Assembly: GCA_051546255.1 (NCBI GenBank)
Contig: CP128815.1
Coordinates: 186,001 to 250,000 of the forward strand
Origin: Meyerozyma guilliermondii
Taxonomy: Eukaryota
Direction: 5' to 3'
Length of the DNA: 64,000 nt
A program made the position numbers and the translations under genes. The notes below the pieces were generated by a model. That model saw nothing but the letters and a program-made list of their open reading frames with translations. It did not search any database and had not been told where the DNA came from. How positions within the stretch are numbered: position 1 is the first letter of the stretch; each line of letters begins with the position of its first letter. Below, one piece after another: positions 43,014 through 54,140 of the stretch.

Positions 43014-43590
43014 TTACGCTTCTGTCTCTTCTAATGCAGCAAAAACATTTCCTTGAGATGTGACTGGAACTTCTTGATTCGAATCATCTTCCTTTTCCTC
43101 ATCGCCTTTAAAAAATTGGTCGACATAAGCATCTTCCTCTTCCCTCTCAATCTCTTTTGCAGATTTCTTCTTGAGAGCTTCCTCAGAGGCACCCAAAATA
43201 TCAATCTTGCTATTGATCTGCTCCCAACCAGACTTCCTGGCTGTTTGAACATACTTGGCACGAGCTATACTCTGCTCTATCTTCGATTGCAACACCCCAT
43301 CAACCTTATTTGAACGTTCCAATTTATGTTTCAATGCACTAGTTTTCTTCCTATTCGCCTTCCTGATCTTCAGGTTCTCCATTTTCTTGGCCAAAAGATT
43401 TTCATTCTTTATAGATGTTCGTATAATCGATTTCCTTACTCCGTCATTTTCTTTTGGTAACGATTCTAACAGTCGTGCCTCACCACCTTCATCTATTTCA
43501 CCACGGCGAGCAGCCCTGCTATGCTTTGAGACTACAGTTAGTAGATGATCTGACCATGTTCTATAGATCTAACTTACTCTTTTTTGTCAT
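43014..43590 (-). CDS. ECM1: Pre-60S factor Ecm1; exons 43590-43578 and 43531-43014
   Basis: Spliced N-terminus MTKKISKHSRAARR; KIEQSIARAKYVQTARKSGW and N.FAAL tail. Confidence 0.85.
43532..43577 (-). other. 46-nt spliceosomal intron
   Basis: Minus strand reads ATGACAAAAAAGA|GTAAGT...TACTAACTGTAG|TCTCAAAG. Confidence 0.9.
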
Positions 43591-43606
43591 ATCTGTAAAG
43601 TTTCAA

Positions 43607-43613
43607 GCTCATC
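43607..43613. promoter_or_regulatory. PAC motif (GCTCATC) upstream of ECM1
   Basis: Exact motif about 17 nt from the true ATG, typical of ribosome-biogenesis genes. Confidence 0.6.
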
Positions 43614-43709
43614 GATTTCGGTTGCAACTTCTGGTATCATCGGTTATTGCACGACTGCCATACCGATAGCTACAAGAACAAATGAGTATGTAATATATAT
43701 ACTATGCAA

Positions 43710-45572
43710 TTAGACCTCTAAAGGTCGCTTTCCCTCAGAGTTCTTTTCTTGATTTTGCGCTTCCTCCAAGGCCTTCATGTACGTGTCGCAAGCTTTGTCT
43801 ATGGTCAAGTGCAATGGTTGGAAACACCCTTCTAGGTCTTTTGCAACCTTTTCTTTTAGCTTGGAGTTTGGTTCTATTAGTCTGTGTTTCATCAATTCTT
43901 CAGTGAAGCTCAGCTGCAAGTCGTTGACTGAAGACTTACACACACGAAGACTTTGGAAGATTTTTTTCAACTGATTTGGATTATTTCCATCCAAAAAGAG
44001 TTTCCAAAAGTGCAGCAAGAATTCCATGGCTGTGATATTTAAAGTAATGACTTCTTGTATTCTTGAATCAGAAAGAAGCTTTTCGCCCTCACTTTCTCTA
44101 GATTGAGCACTCATGGCACGAGAAGCCCGAAAGTTATGTTTGATCAAAGCTGAAACTTCGCTGGCAGTTTTCTGTATTTCTTCTTTTTTGGTGATGTATG
44201 TTTCCGTTAGGTTGACTCCTTCCAGAAACTCGTTACCACTGAAAAAGGACGACAAATCTTTTGGTGAAACCAAACTCGACTTGACTTCGATATGCTTATC
44301 CGGGTCTCGCTCAGTAGATAGTGATAACTTGATGTATTGTAGTTCTTCGGTTTCGTTCAAATCATGCAAATTGAGCTCTTCTTCATACTCTTTTTGTTCA
44401 TCCGTTGACAACTCGTCCTGTTTGGATGTGTGGCTCAATTCGTCTTCAGGATTGAAATTGACCATTTTCGAAGAGAGCTTGTTCATATTTTTGATCAAAA
44501 TCATCATTTCGTTTTCGTTGCCCTGTTGTTCTTCCACCTGTGTTTCTTCCGTGCCGTAGCGCATGGTAAAGTCAGGTCTGTTTCCCAACTTCAGAGCATT
44601 GTCCTGCTCATTGCCCTCCAAATCCAAAAACTTGCTGACATTGGCCTCGAGTTTCTGGCGCTTGGTACCATCATCTTGATAGTCCAGGTCTATGTACATG
44701 TACTTGTCCAACACAGCATCACCACGCTCATTTGTGTTATTGATCTTGTCGCCTCGAAGACGGCGAAACAACTTGGAATTGAAAAAACGGGACCAAAACT
44801 CACCCTCGCTCAATTTATCAGGAACCAAATCCTTGAATGCCTTTTTGACAATTGGGTAAGTGTCAAATATTTCGTTGATTGTATCCCTTGTAACGTTAAC
44901 ATTGACCTTGTTATCGGATGTCGCAACGGGGCGAATCGTCGAAAGAACATTATAGGGACCTCGATGCTGTGTGAATGTCAATGCATACGTTCGCAACTGG
45001 TTCAACCGGCTCAGCCAGAAAACGCTGGGGGATAGCTTGAACTTCATCACTGCTTGTGTGAAAATATTTCGTAGATTCTTGTCCTCGAGTAAGATCTTTT
45101 GCTGAAGTTGGTGGTTTTTCAAGAGACTAGCGTTCAGCAATGCATTAGGATCGTTAACGTCAATGATTTGGTCTACTGTCTTGCTAGAATTACCAGAACC
45201 GGACAGAGCAGCACTGGCTGTCGTGCCGTCGGGAGCTGGAGTGTTCGATGCTGACGGCTCTGGGGTTGTATATGTTCTTTGACGAGCCACAATTGTCAGA
45301 AGTGCTTCTTTGATGTTGTTCATCGTGGGTCTATTGGTGAATCTGAGGACTAAAGACTGCTCTGAGCCTTCTGTATCAGTATAAACTAGTTTGAGGATCA
45401 TCTTTGGACTGGTTTCTGGCGACGCTTGTAATTTTACTATTGATGATAAGGGAATCTTGATGTTCTTCAGTTGATCGATGGCGTTCCATTCGAGTTCCAG
45501 AGGAGTGGTATCTTCTCGAACATGAACCATTCCTGACACCTTGGCCACCACACAGGCTCCAGAAACCGACAT
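43710..45572 (-). CDS. TFB1: TFIIH core subunit p62
   Basis: PH-like N-terminus (LQASPETSPKMILKL), BSD domains, QHRGPYNVLSTI, EGEFWSRFFNSKLFR. Confidence 0.92.
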   Translation of the reverse strand: MSVSGACVVAKVSGMVHVREDTTPLELEWNAIDQLKNIKIPLSSIVKLQASPETSPKMILKLVYTDTEGSEQSLVLRFTNRPTMNNIKEALLTIVARQRTYTTPEPSASNTPAPDGTTASAALSGSGNSSKTVDQIIDVNDPNALLNASLLKNHQLQQKILLEDKNLRNIFTQAVMKFKLSPSVFWLSRLNQLRTYALTFTQHRGPYNVLSTIRPVATSDNKVNVNVTRDTINEIFDTYPIVKKAFKDLVPDKLSEGEFWSRFFNSKLFRRLRGDKINNTNERGDAVLDKYMYIDLDYQDDGTKRQKLEANVSKFLDLEGNEQDNALKLGNRPDFTMRYGTEETQVEEQQGNENEMMILIKNMNKLSSKMVNFNPEDELSHTSKQDELSTDEQKEYEEELNLHDLNETEELQYIKLSLSTERDPDKHIEVKSSLVSPKDLSSFFSGNEFLEGVNLTETYITKKEEIQKTASEVSALIKHNFRASRAMSAQSRESEGEKLLSDSRIQEVITLNITAMEFLLHFWKLFLDGNNPNQLKKIFQSLRVCKSSVNDLQLSFTEELMKHRLIEPNSKLKEKVAKDLEGCFQPLHLTIDKACDTYMKALEEAQNQEKNSEGKRPLEV

Positions 45573-45711
45573 GTTTCAATATTAGTTACTTGGAATGATT
45601 CGTGGGGTAATAAAGCGCAAGAAAAAGGACTCACAGAAACGAATCTTAGCTGGTGCTACCATCCGTGCACCCACACTATTTCCAGCCGCGATCGCAAAAT
45701 CAAACTTTCTC

Positions 45712-46299
45712 ATGTTGAACGCATTTAGAGTCGGGCGGATTGGAGCCACCAGGCCAGTTTTCCGGTCGGGGTTTGTTGGTATTAGACAATACAGTGAGCA
45801 GCATTTGACACATAACCCCGAAGGTGTGGAAAAACAACAAGAAGTCAATGGCAAAATAGTCACCCGGACCATCCCTGTGACAGTAGAAAGAGAGCTTCCA
45901 GACCCTTTCGTTTCCCAAAAGCAGAACAGAAACTACTTCTGGACTTATGGAATAGGTGTGACGCTCGCGTGTGTCATAATATTCAACTATGAGAAAACAA
46001 GATCGCCCATTGTGAATTCTACATTGTACTTGTTGAGAATGTCTGACGAAGTCACCAGTCGTCTTGGAGACAACATTGATTTCAAGTCGCTGTGGCCATG
46101 GATTTCCGGTACTTTGAACACCGTGAGTGGAGATATTGACATTGAATTTGCCGTTAAGGGCTCGATCAGAGATGGTATGTTGAAATTGCGAGCTTCAAGA
46201 ACGTCCAAAACACAACCGTTTGATGTCCATGAATTCACTTTGACAGTGGATGGAGAAGTGCTTGATTTGAAACAGACAGCACTTGGCGAATTTTTATAA
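45712..46299 (+). CDS. COA1: Cytochrome c oxidase assembly factor
   Basis: Mitochondrial presequence, TVERELPD, FNYEKT.SP.V.STLY.LR, PWISG.LN...G.IDI.F.VKG. Confidence 0.85.
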   Translation: MLNAFRVGRIGATRPVFRSGFVGIRQYSEQHLTHNPEGVEKQQEVNGKIVTRTIPVTVERELPDPFVSQKQNRNYFWTYGIGVTLACVIIFNYEKTRSPIVNSTLYLLRMSDEVTSRLGDNIDFKSLWPWISGTLNTVSGDIDIEFAVKGSIRDGMLKLRASRTSKTQPFDVHEFTLTVDGEVLDLKQTALGEFL

Positions 46300-46435
46300 T
46301 CTATGTATATACCCAAGGGACCTCTCGGCGACTAAGCCATCCCGATAATCATGCACATAACTTCCTGTACGTATCACTACCAGCATCATGTAGTTGAGCA
46401 CTGCCTTCCGGTGAATTATTTTTTTATCAAATTTT

Positions 46436-46473
46436 GAATCAGCCAGAATCAGCCAGAATCAGCCAGAATCAGC
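46436..46473. repeat. 10-bp tandem repeat (GAATCAGCCA) x~3.8
   Basis: Read directly from the sequence. Confidence 0.9.
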
Positions 46474-46968
46474 TAAAATTTGGAGCTAGTCATTTGCTTT
46501 CTGAATCTTGCTGCTTCTTCAATTTCGTTGCCTTTTTGGGGATTTCACAAAAACTCTTAGCTTTCCTGGCTAGGCAAGATCCTGCAGACACCGCGAGCAA
46601 AAGACAGCATTTCCGCACCCAGAAAGGAGAAGGAGTTGGTGATTTTAGCTTTGGCTCATAAACTTGCTATTTCCATATATTCGGAGGTTGGAAAGCTATC
46701 GCTTTAAAGCCAGTCTCCTGCAGCTGAAATAATTAGTTCTGGTTTTGTGTATACCTCAAAATCGAACTCATCTCATTCGCTTACCTTGATTGCCGGGACC
46801 CTTCATTTGGTACCTAATATTTTTTCATCCGGTGATTTTTCGTGATATTTACCGATCTCTTGTGGTACACCATCCCAGTCTGTGTCACGAAATTAGCACA
46901 GGACATCCGACTCATAAACTTACCATCGATATCAGGTTTCCCCGCTCGCTGTTGTAGTATATGAGATC

Positions 46969-47883
46969 ATGGTTAACACCCAAGGCCTAGCTGTAGGTCT
47001 CGCCATTGGCATTCCCTCGCTTATAATCATCGTTGTGTGTGTGTTTATCTGGTATAGAAACCAGCGCAAGCAAAATAAGGAGGACCGAAGCGACGATGAA
47101 GTGGACATGGACTTGAGAGACAACCATCTGTTCAGTGAATTCCAGGAAGAATTACACAGACCACTGGATAGGCGGTCGAATCACAACATAATTGGCGAAA
47201 ATCTGGAGGAAAAAGTGTTTGCTTCAGTATCATCATCCCATGGATCCACCCTGTCCACCAACGTCACTGACAACCGAACCGGATCCAACAAAGGTACTTC
47301 ACCATTTCCCCAACACCCTCATATGCTGCATTCAAAAACACCATCTGCATATGACTTCTATGACACTGTCATTCCCGTCCTTCCTACCACAGGCGTCAAA
47401 AACGGCTCCACTATCGCGGGCGACACGGGGTTGATGCAACCGCCTCATATCGGGGGTGATGCGATGAGCTCCAGCAACCATAGTTCTGCTGTGAGCATCG
47501 ATGGCTCGGGGTCTTCACCGAAAAAAGATCGGTCTCTTGATAGCTTTGCCAAGCAACTCAACAGCCCGGCTTTCTTTGAAAAACTTCCTTCCCGAGCCAC
47601 CTCATCCTATCTTAAACAAAGACCTATAACCCACTATCAGCTGAGCAACAGCTCAAGTACAGATGGCTTTCAAGTCAGATATGGTTCGGATACAAAGATT
47701 AACGAACACTATGTGCACGAATCTATTTCTCATGATAACCCACAGCCACATCCGTATTCTCAATTGAAAGGCACCAAAAACGACGAAAGGGCTCCAGTTT
47801 CCAAAGTGTTGGGAGGTGGAGTTGATCGGGCTTTCGATGCAGAGGGTGAAAGCGACTCGGAACCCGCTGTAGTGTTTAAATAA
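46969..47883 (+). CDS. Single-pass membrane protein, Skg1/Aim20-like
   Basis: N-terminal AVGLAIGIP TM, then W.R.QR...EDR.D.E and a Ser-rich cytosolic tail. Confidence 0.7.
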   Translation: MVNTQGLAVGLAIGIPSLIIIVVCVFIWYRNQRKQNKEDRSDDEVDMDLRDNHLFSEFQEELHRPLDRRSNHNIIGENLEEKVFASVSSSHGSTLSTNVTDNRTGSNKGTSPFPQHPHMLHSKTPSAYDFYDTVIPVLPTTGVKNGSTIAGDTGLMQPPHIGGDAMSSSNHSSAVSIDGSGSSPKKDRSLDSFAKQLNSPAFFEKLPSRATSSYLKQRPITHYQLSNSSSTDGFQVRYGSDTKINEHYVHESISHDNPQPHPYSQLKGTKNDERAPVSKVLGGGVDRAFDAEGESDSEPAVVFK

Positions 47884-48083
47884 TGTAGATATAATGGAAG
47901 GTATATGAATTAGGCTAGCAAGGAGACAAGAAGGAGCAGGAAACAAGACAATTAAGGGAACGAACCAAAAATTCCAAAGTAACACCAAACGAACACTGTC
48001 TCGGTATCTTCCTATTTGGGTCCAATAGCCTGTAACTAATTTCGCAGCCGCTCGAAAATCTTCGAAGTCTTTATCCTATTACT

Positions 48084-49136
48084 ATGTTGCTCAAACCATT
48101 TATGTCCCCGATAGGCCATTCTATACGCCAAACCGCAATAAAGAGAACCACCGTGAAAGCACCAAACTGTATCCATCGTTCTTTCCACAAATCTACTTGT
48201 TTCAATTATGCTTACAGACGGTTCAACAATGCTCCCGCCACTCAATACAACCTTATAAATCTCTTATACAGCCGGAACACAATATACGCCGGCCTTGGTT
48301 TGGCAGCATTTTACGTCTACAATTTGGACGAAGCCCCGTTTACTGGACGTCTTAGATGTATCTGGATACCATATTGGTTGGAGAAGAAAATTGGCGATTA
48401 TTCTTATCGTCAAATTTTATATCAATACCAACAAAACATTGTTCCCGTAAATGATCCGGTTTATTCACGTATTTCTAATATCATGAACCAATTGCTTGCT
48501 TCTGCCATTGCCGGCTCCAAAGACCAAAAACAGATAGAACACTTGAAGCTGCTCAAGTGGGCCATCCATGTGATCAACGATCCCAAGTCTCCACCAAACG
48601 CATTTATTTTACCCAACGGTAAGATCTTCATCTTCTCGTCTATTCTTCGAATATGCCAGAACGATGACGGTTTGGCAACTGTCCTCTCTCATGAGCTCTC
48701 ACACCAGTTAGCTCACCACTCGCTGGAACAGCTTTCCAAACAGCCATTGTATATCGGGTTGCTGACTCTTTTGTATGCGATGACAGGTATAACCACCTTC
48801 AACGACTTGCTTATAAACGGGCTTCTTAGAATGCCATCTTCGAGGGAAATGGAATCGGAAGCAGACCATATAGGATGCGAGCTCATGGCCAGACTGTGCA
48901 TGAACGTTAAAGAGTCGGTGAACTTTTGGGGCAGAATGAATCAATGGGAGCAGCAAACACAGGGGCCAGCACGAGAGGGAGCAGTTCAACAGTTTTTCTC
49001 GACTCACCCAAATACTCAAAAGCGAGTTCATGATATCCAGCTGTGGCTACCAGACTTGGAACACATAAAAGAATCATCTGGATGCTACGAATACAGAATG
49101 TTCAGTGATGCTAGCCGAAACTTCTTCAAGCATTAA
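48084..49136 (+). CDS. OMA1: Mitochondrial M48 metalloprotease
   Basis: APFTGRLR, PNAFILPNGKIFIF, HELSH, SREMESEAD, FSTHP. Confidence 0.95.
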   Translation: MLLKPFMSPIGHSIRQTAIKRTTVKAPNCIHRSFHKSTCFNYAYRRFNNAPATQYNLINLLYSRNTIYAGLGLAAFYVYNLDEAPFTGRLRCIWIPYWLEKKIGDYSYRQILYQYQQNIVPVNDPVYSRISNIMNQLLASAIAGSKDQKQIEHLKLLKWAIHVINDPKSPPNAFILPNGKIFIFSSILRICQNDDGLATVLSHELSHQLAHHSLEQLSKQPLYIGLLTLLYAMTGITTFNDLLINGLLRMPSSREMESEADHIGCELMARLCMNVKESVNFWGRMNQWEQQTQGPAREGAVQQFFSTHPNTQKRVHDIQLWLPDLEHIKESSGCYEYRMFSDASRNFFKH

Positions 49137-49151
49137 ATCTCTATTTACACA

Positions 49152-49994
49152 TTATACTGTTATGTCGGGTTTGAATTTCGTAATGTATTCGCTCTTCATA
49201 GGACCGCCGGGAAGCGAGGTGATGACAATGGATTCATTCTTTGAAGTCCAGAGTTTATAAGGTGTGATCCGCAAAGTGATCTTGTACTCCATGTCCGTGC
49301 CTGGCACCTGTAGCAAGTATATTTCAACAGTTGCCTTTTTCACTTTGTCTTGCCTTGAAGCAAATAGCGGCATTGATAACTTTATGAAATCCACCAATTG
49401 AGTACTCTCCTCCAGCTTGATTTCAGCCTTCAGTACAATAAACGTTTCTATGTAGTTCTCCGAGAGATGTAAGCAGAACTGACCGTTTTTATCGACAAGA
49501 AGCAGATTTCTGTTGGACTCCATACTAGCGTGGTCTCGTATGCGTCTAGCAACTAATTCGGCTATTTGCGTTTTGAAAAAGTCAAATTCAGATTCAATCC
49601 CCTTCAAGACAAGTTCTTCATCGCTCTCATCGTAGCTTTTGAGCTGAATTTTATCGTTTTTTTCACTAAAGGCTTCGGCCGTCACTGGCATTATCACCTG
49701 AAGCTCATTCCTATACCTTCTAGAAGCAATCTGGCGATTCAAGAACCACACAGAAAGTAGCAAGGGTGGTCCCACAGTAAACAAAACGTTCGGATGTATC
49801 TTCGTGAGCACTAATCCCAAAGTGCAAGCGGCTCCAAAATACTTTACCGATGGTGGAATCAACGCATTCCATGTCATTGACACGGGACTCAAAAAGCATG
49901 TATAAGATTTTGCAGGGGGTTTATTTGCTTCTATTCGGTATGCGCGGGTGCCTAGGGTGGCTCTTTTCCCCAATAAAAAGCGCCGCAACGACAT
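49152..49994 (-). CDS. Uncharacterised, probably mitochondrial membrane protein
   Basis: Arg-rich presequence-like start MSLRRFLLGKR and a hydrophobic hairpin. Confidence 0.7.
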   Translation of the reverse strand: MSLRRFLLGKRATLGTRAYRIEANKPPAKSYTCFLSPVSMTWNALIPPSVKYFGAACTLGLVLTKIHPNVLFTVGPPLLLSVWFLNRQIASRRYRNELQVIMPVTAEAFSEKNDKIQLKSYDESDEELVLKGIESEFDFFKTQIAELVARRIRDHASMESNRNLLLVDKNGQFCLHLSENYIETFIVLKAEIKLEESTQLVDFIKLSMPLFASRQDKVKKATVEIYLLQVPGTDMEYKITLRITPYKLWTSKNESIVITSLPGGPMKSEYITKFKPDITV

Positions 49995-50055
49995 CTGGTG
50001 GTGGGTTATAAGCATTAAGTTCTCATCGCTTTTTCGCGGGGAAACTTATTTGTTA

Positions 50056-50820
50056 ATGGCAAGAGCTGAGATAGGAACCGCCAAATACCAAGCTAAAAAA
50101 TTAAAGGCTTCGGGGTTACAGCAGCTAAAGTACTACTGCCAGCTATGCCATAAACAATGTAGGGATGCTAATGGCTACAAAAACCATTTACTGTCACCAT
50201 CACACAAGGGTAGAGTTGAAGATATGGAACAAAAGGGTACGAAAAAAGTAACGGAGGACTTTTCAAGGCAGTTCTTGAATGCTTTCATGACATTGTTGAG
50301 AATAAGCCATGGTACCAAGAGCGTTGATGCCAACAAATTTTACCAGGAGTACATTTCCAACGACCGAGATCATGTACATATGAACTCCACAAAATGGTCG
50401 AGTTTAACTCTGTTTGTACAGTATTTGGGGAAAAATAGCTACGTGAGGGTAGAACAGCCTGGTGACGACGAGAATGACCACAGTCTTATGATTAGCTATA
50501 TTGATCACTCGGATCAAAAATCTGTTCTGGTGAAGAGACAGCAGCTGATGAAAAATGATGAAGAACAATCCATGCGTTTCCTCAGCCAGCAAATAGAGGC
50601 AGGGAGAAACGAGAAGCATATACACAAAGAAAACGATAGCGTTCACGAAGTGAAGGAGATACCGAAGGAGGGAATCAAAGTACAGTTACGACCCAAGATG
50701 AGTGAGAAGAAGAAAACTGCTGCTGCTTTTAATTCGGAAGAGTCTGAAGATTCTGAAGATGAAGCGAAACAAAAGAAGACAAATATCGGTCAGATCAGCA
50801 AAAAATTACTTGGGCGATAA
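50056..50820 (+). CDS. RTS2: KIN17-like zinc-finger protein
   Basis: GLQQLKYYCQLCHKQCRDANG, ANKFYQEYI, HVHMNSTKW. Confidence 0.92.
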   Translation: MARAEIGTAKYQAKKLKASGLQQLKYYCQLCHKQCRDANGYKNHLLSPSHKGRVEDMEQKGTKKVTEDFSRQFLNAFMTLLRISHGTKSVDANKFYQEYISNDRDHVHMNSTKWSSLTLFVQYLGKNSYVRVEQPGDDENDHSLMISYIDHSDQKSVLVKRQQLMKNDEEQSMRFLSQQIEAGRNEKHIHKENDSVHEVKEIPKEGIKVQLRPKMSEKKKTAAAFNSEESEDSEDEAKQKKTNIGQISKKLLGR

Positions 50821-50876
50821 TCTTCAGTGAAAAATACTTGAACGATAAAATACTGATAATGTCGTCATCTATTCGT

Positions 50877-53243
50877 CTAAACTCTTTCGTAACACAAGAC
50901 ATAAACATCTCGAGAGTTGAGCTCCCGGTATTCCCCATGTGGATCGGCGGCGTCTCCGTGTCTGACCTTGATTCGAACTTGCTCATCATCGAAGAAGCAC
51001 CAACAAGGATCTCGCAAGCTGTCCATTCCCGAAGTCCGAGATGACTTGTTCACTAATGCAGTATAATGACCACTTTTCAACGTTCCGTAATGATTGATGA
51101 TTCCGGTGAGCTTATAGGTGATTTCGTGGTTGGAATTGTTGGTGTTGTTGTTAAAGGTAATTTGTAATGGATACTTTATAACAGTGTCCAATTTATCGGT
51201 GACACTGGTCATAGAAAACCGAGATAAATGCATGAAAAGTATTTTGGGCAACTTGATAAAGTTGAGCTTTTTTGTAGTGGAGCCTAGTGATGTGGTTGAT
51301 GAAGTTTGGCTACCATTCTGTGGTTTTTTGCTAGGAGATTTACTACGTCTTCCCAACTTGAAAAGCCCACTCTTTTTAGTTGCGAACACAGGATGTGAGT
51401 CTAGCACACTGGAAGACAGCGGACTGGAGATGTTTTTCGAACACTTGGGACATTTCCATGCATTTTCTCCAGTCAAGATTTCGTCCTTTGTATAATAACG
51501 CAAACAGTCTGCCAAGTCCACTCGATGACCATGACCCAGAGGTATTGGTAAAGATAAAATGGTAAATGGGGAGTAGTTACTCGATTCAAACCCACATTTA
51601 TTGCAGATCAATTTGCTCTGCAAGTGCCCTTGAAATAAATCGTGAATTGGGGAGAACCCTTCCAATTTCAAAAGTGATCGATACCATGATATATAAGGCT
51701 CACGGTCTTCAGGACTTACGTTGATACCCCATTTCGTCATGTAGCGACCAATTCGATCGTTTTCCCATTCGGTTTCATCAAACGCTTTGGAGCCAAGCTC
51801 ATTGTGTAACATTTCCAACACAAACAATAAGAATTCTTGGGAGTCCTGCTGCTCATAAGGAATGTTCAAGTCCGGCTTTAATAAAGAAGAAACCCGAAGA
51901 AATTTGGTCGGGGCAATGGAAGCTTGCGGATGATCTTTGAAGGTCTTAAGCAAGCTGAATATTGCTTCACTTAAGAGCCCCGAGTCCTTGGTAGGATGTC
52001 GTTGTTGGAGAAGCTTGACATACTTGGGGTTCTTCACATACTTCAAATAACCCTGATTCTCAAATATCAACGAAAAATCGTACAACCCAAAAAGCAATTG
52101 GATTGTCAGATTGATGTAGCAGGTAGACCCGAAATTCTTAAGACCACAAATTGTGTACTTGCCCATATCACGGGACATCAGACGTCCGTGGGTGTGACCA
52201 TTATGGGTGTAACCATTATGATTTGAGTAATACTGCTCATTACCGCGGGGAGGTGGCTGATGAATATGATTTGCAGGTTGCGGAACAGGGTTCCGCTGGT
52301 ACTGAGCACTTTGAGAATAACCATGAGGAAATGACTGATTCGAGGACATGTACGGGCGAGCTTCGTAGCTCGTCTCAAGCTGAACTGGAGTGGCATTGGG
52401 AATGGGAGGTGGTAATTGCTTCGGTCTCGGTTGGACTGGAGGTTGGACATTTGAGCTGAAATACAAGTCATCAGTCGAGACACCTTTTTCATCATCCAAA
52501 GGATAAGGAGGTGTAGGGCTCCTTGTGAAGGTGCTATTCACCGGATAGGGAGGTGTTGGGAACGACTGGGCTTTTACTTCTGGGGAAATGAAATCGAACG
52601 AACCATTATTCGGCGATGAATTTGAAGGAAGGTCCACCGACGGAAAACGTTCTTCAAACAGATTGAGAGACTGTCTGTCGTACTCTATTGAGGGCTGAGC
52701 ATAAGTCACTCCGTTGGCTGATCGCAGGTCGTCACTTTGAAATTCTTCTTGGTCTTTTTGCTTGAGGTAATCGATATACTGGTAGAGCCAATCATATAAT
52801 TCTTGCACGTCAAAAGACAAAAGTTTTTGGTCTGTCAAGAACTCGATGATCCATTGGCGCACCAACTCAAGTGACAACGAATGACCTCTATCTCGGATCA
52901 CATCTTTGGTGTTATAAAATGCAAAGACGTTCAAGTATAATATGAAGTCTGGTTCGTTGGATTCAATAAACTTGTCAAATCCTTGAAAATGGAGCATAAT
53001 GAAGCAGTTTATAAAGTAATTGAATATCAAATACCCCCGCATGTACGCCTTTAACCCGGAGTCCGAGTCCGTGTACTCTACCAGTTTCTCATATAAGAGT
53101 TCACAATAGTCGATAAGATCAAAGATAGATTTGGTTTTGAGGTCCTGTGCAAGTTGAAGGTCTCGAAACTCTCGGCTAATGAGCTTCTTATATTGATTTT
53201 TCACGTCCTCCGGAGGCTTTCTAGCAGCTGGTTCCGATGACAT
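50877..53243 (-). CDS. Ubiquitin-specific protease (Ubp7/Ubp11-like)
   Basis: GLKNFGSTCYIN Cys box, QQDSQEF, HYGTLKSGHYTA His box. Confidence 0.9.
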   Translation of the reverse strand: MSSEPAARKPPEDVKNQYKKLISREFRDLQLAQDLKTKSIFDLIDYCELLYEKLVEYTDSDSGLKAYMRGYLIFNYFINCFIMLHFQGFDKFIESNEPDFILYLNVFAFYNTKDVIRDRGHSLSLELVRQWIIEFLTDQKLLSFDVQELYDWLYQYIDYLKQKDQEEFQSDDLRSANGVTYAQPSIEYDRQSLNLFEERFPSVDLPSNSSPNNGSFDFISPEVKAQSFPTPPYPVNSTFTRSPTPPYPLDDEKGVSTDDLYFSSNVQPPVQPRPKQLPPPIPNATPVQLETSYEARPYMSSNQSFPHGYSQSAQYQRNPVPQPANHIHQPPPRGNEQYYSNHNGYTHNGHTHGRLMSRDMGKYTICGLKNFGSTCYINLTIQLLFGLYDFSLIFENQGYLKYVKNPKYVKLLQQRHPTKDSGLLSEAIFSLLKTFKDHPQASIAPTKFLRVSSLLKPDLNIPYEQQDSQEFLLFVLEMLHNELGSKAFDETEWENDRIGRYMTKWGINVSPEDREPYISWYRSLLKLEGFSPIHDLFQGHLQSKLICNKCGFESSNYSPFTILSLPIPLGHGHRVDLADCLRYYTKDEILTGENAWKCPKCSKNISSPLSSSVLDSHPVFATKKSGLFKLGRRSKSPSKKPQNGSQTSSTTSLGSTTKKLNFIKLPKILFMHLSRFSMTSVTDKLDTVIKYPLQITFNNNTNNSNHEITYKLTGIINHYGTLKSGHYTALVNKSSRTSGMDSLRDPCWCFFDDEQVRIKVRHGDAADPHGEYRELNSRDVYVLCYERV

Positions 53244-53487
53244 CACCCGTTGATCTTGCTAGATGAAACCTTTGCGAGGGTTGGATTCAGGTTGGTGAGC
53301 CACGGGATGGTTGCTTGCAATTGGACCCACTAGCAAGAATACTCAAACGGCAACAAAATGTTGTCCAAACAAATAAAGATCTTACACTTCTCCGACCTAG
53401 GTGATCGAATCTTGGCTATCCTGCAGAAAAGTACCAATAGTGCGGATTTACAATAAGGCTGTGAACCTATATTCTATAACCTCCACT

Positions 53488-54140
53488 ATGTATAAGGTAG
53501 TATCTGTTGTCTTTAATGATTACATCTCTAATGAAGTTCCAAAAGAAGTACTTGAACATTATCTTATGGGGGCTACTTGTAATTTTCCAGGTACCTTGTA
53601 ATTTTCCAGGTACCTTAAGATTGGTTCTCAAACCCGGAAGGGAACTTAAACAAACTGGTCCTTATATGGTACCACCTATTAGATGGCTTGACAGCTTTGA
53701 ATATTATGCTGAATTTGACATCACATGCAAAATAGAATGAAATAGTAAAATGAACAGCTTAAGATTGTCTTGATTATTTTTCTGATGTTACCCATAAAAC
53801 TTTAAGCGCATTTTATATGTCGAATATACATCCCTTGAAGATGATATGGTTGTGATTAATTTAACAAATGAAAGTAGTGAGTGGCCGTTAATAAGCGAAA
53901 AACCGACTAAGAATTCTAAAGAATTTCCTAAGAAATCTGGAATACATTATTTTCAAACATGTATGTAGGATTAGCAGAAAGAAAAGATATGAATGAAGAA
54001 TTTTATGTACCAAAAATGTATAGAACGGATCATTTGAACGGAAAAGATACAATATTATACAAAAATGTGAATAATGAAAAAATAAACATTATAAGAATAC
54101 CTAAAAGCATTAAAGAAGAAGAACACAGAAAAAGGTTATG
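53488..54140 (+). pseudogene. Degenerate AT-rich coding-like relic of probable foreign origin
   Basis: Successive + strand ORF fragments; a 19-bp duplication causes a frameshift; sampled lines are only about 18-27% GC. Confidence 0.5.
53577..53614. repeat. 19-bp perfect tandem duplication TTGTAATTTTCCAGGTACC x2
   Basis: Read directly from the sequence. Confidence 0.95.
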
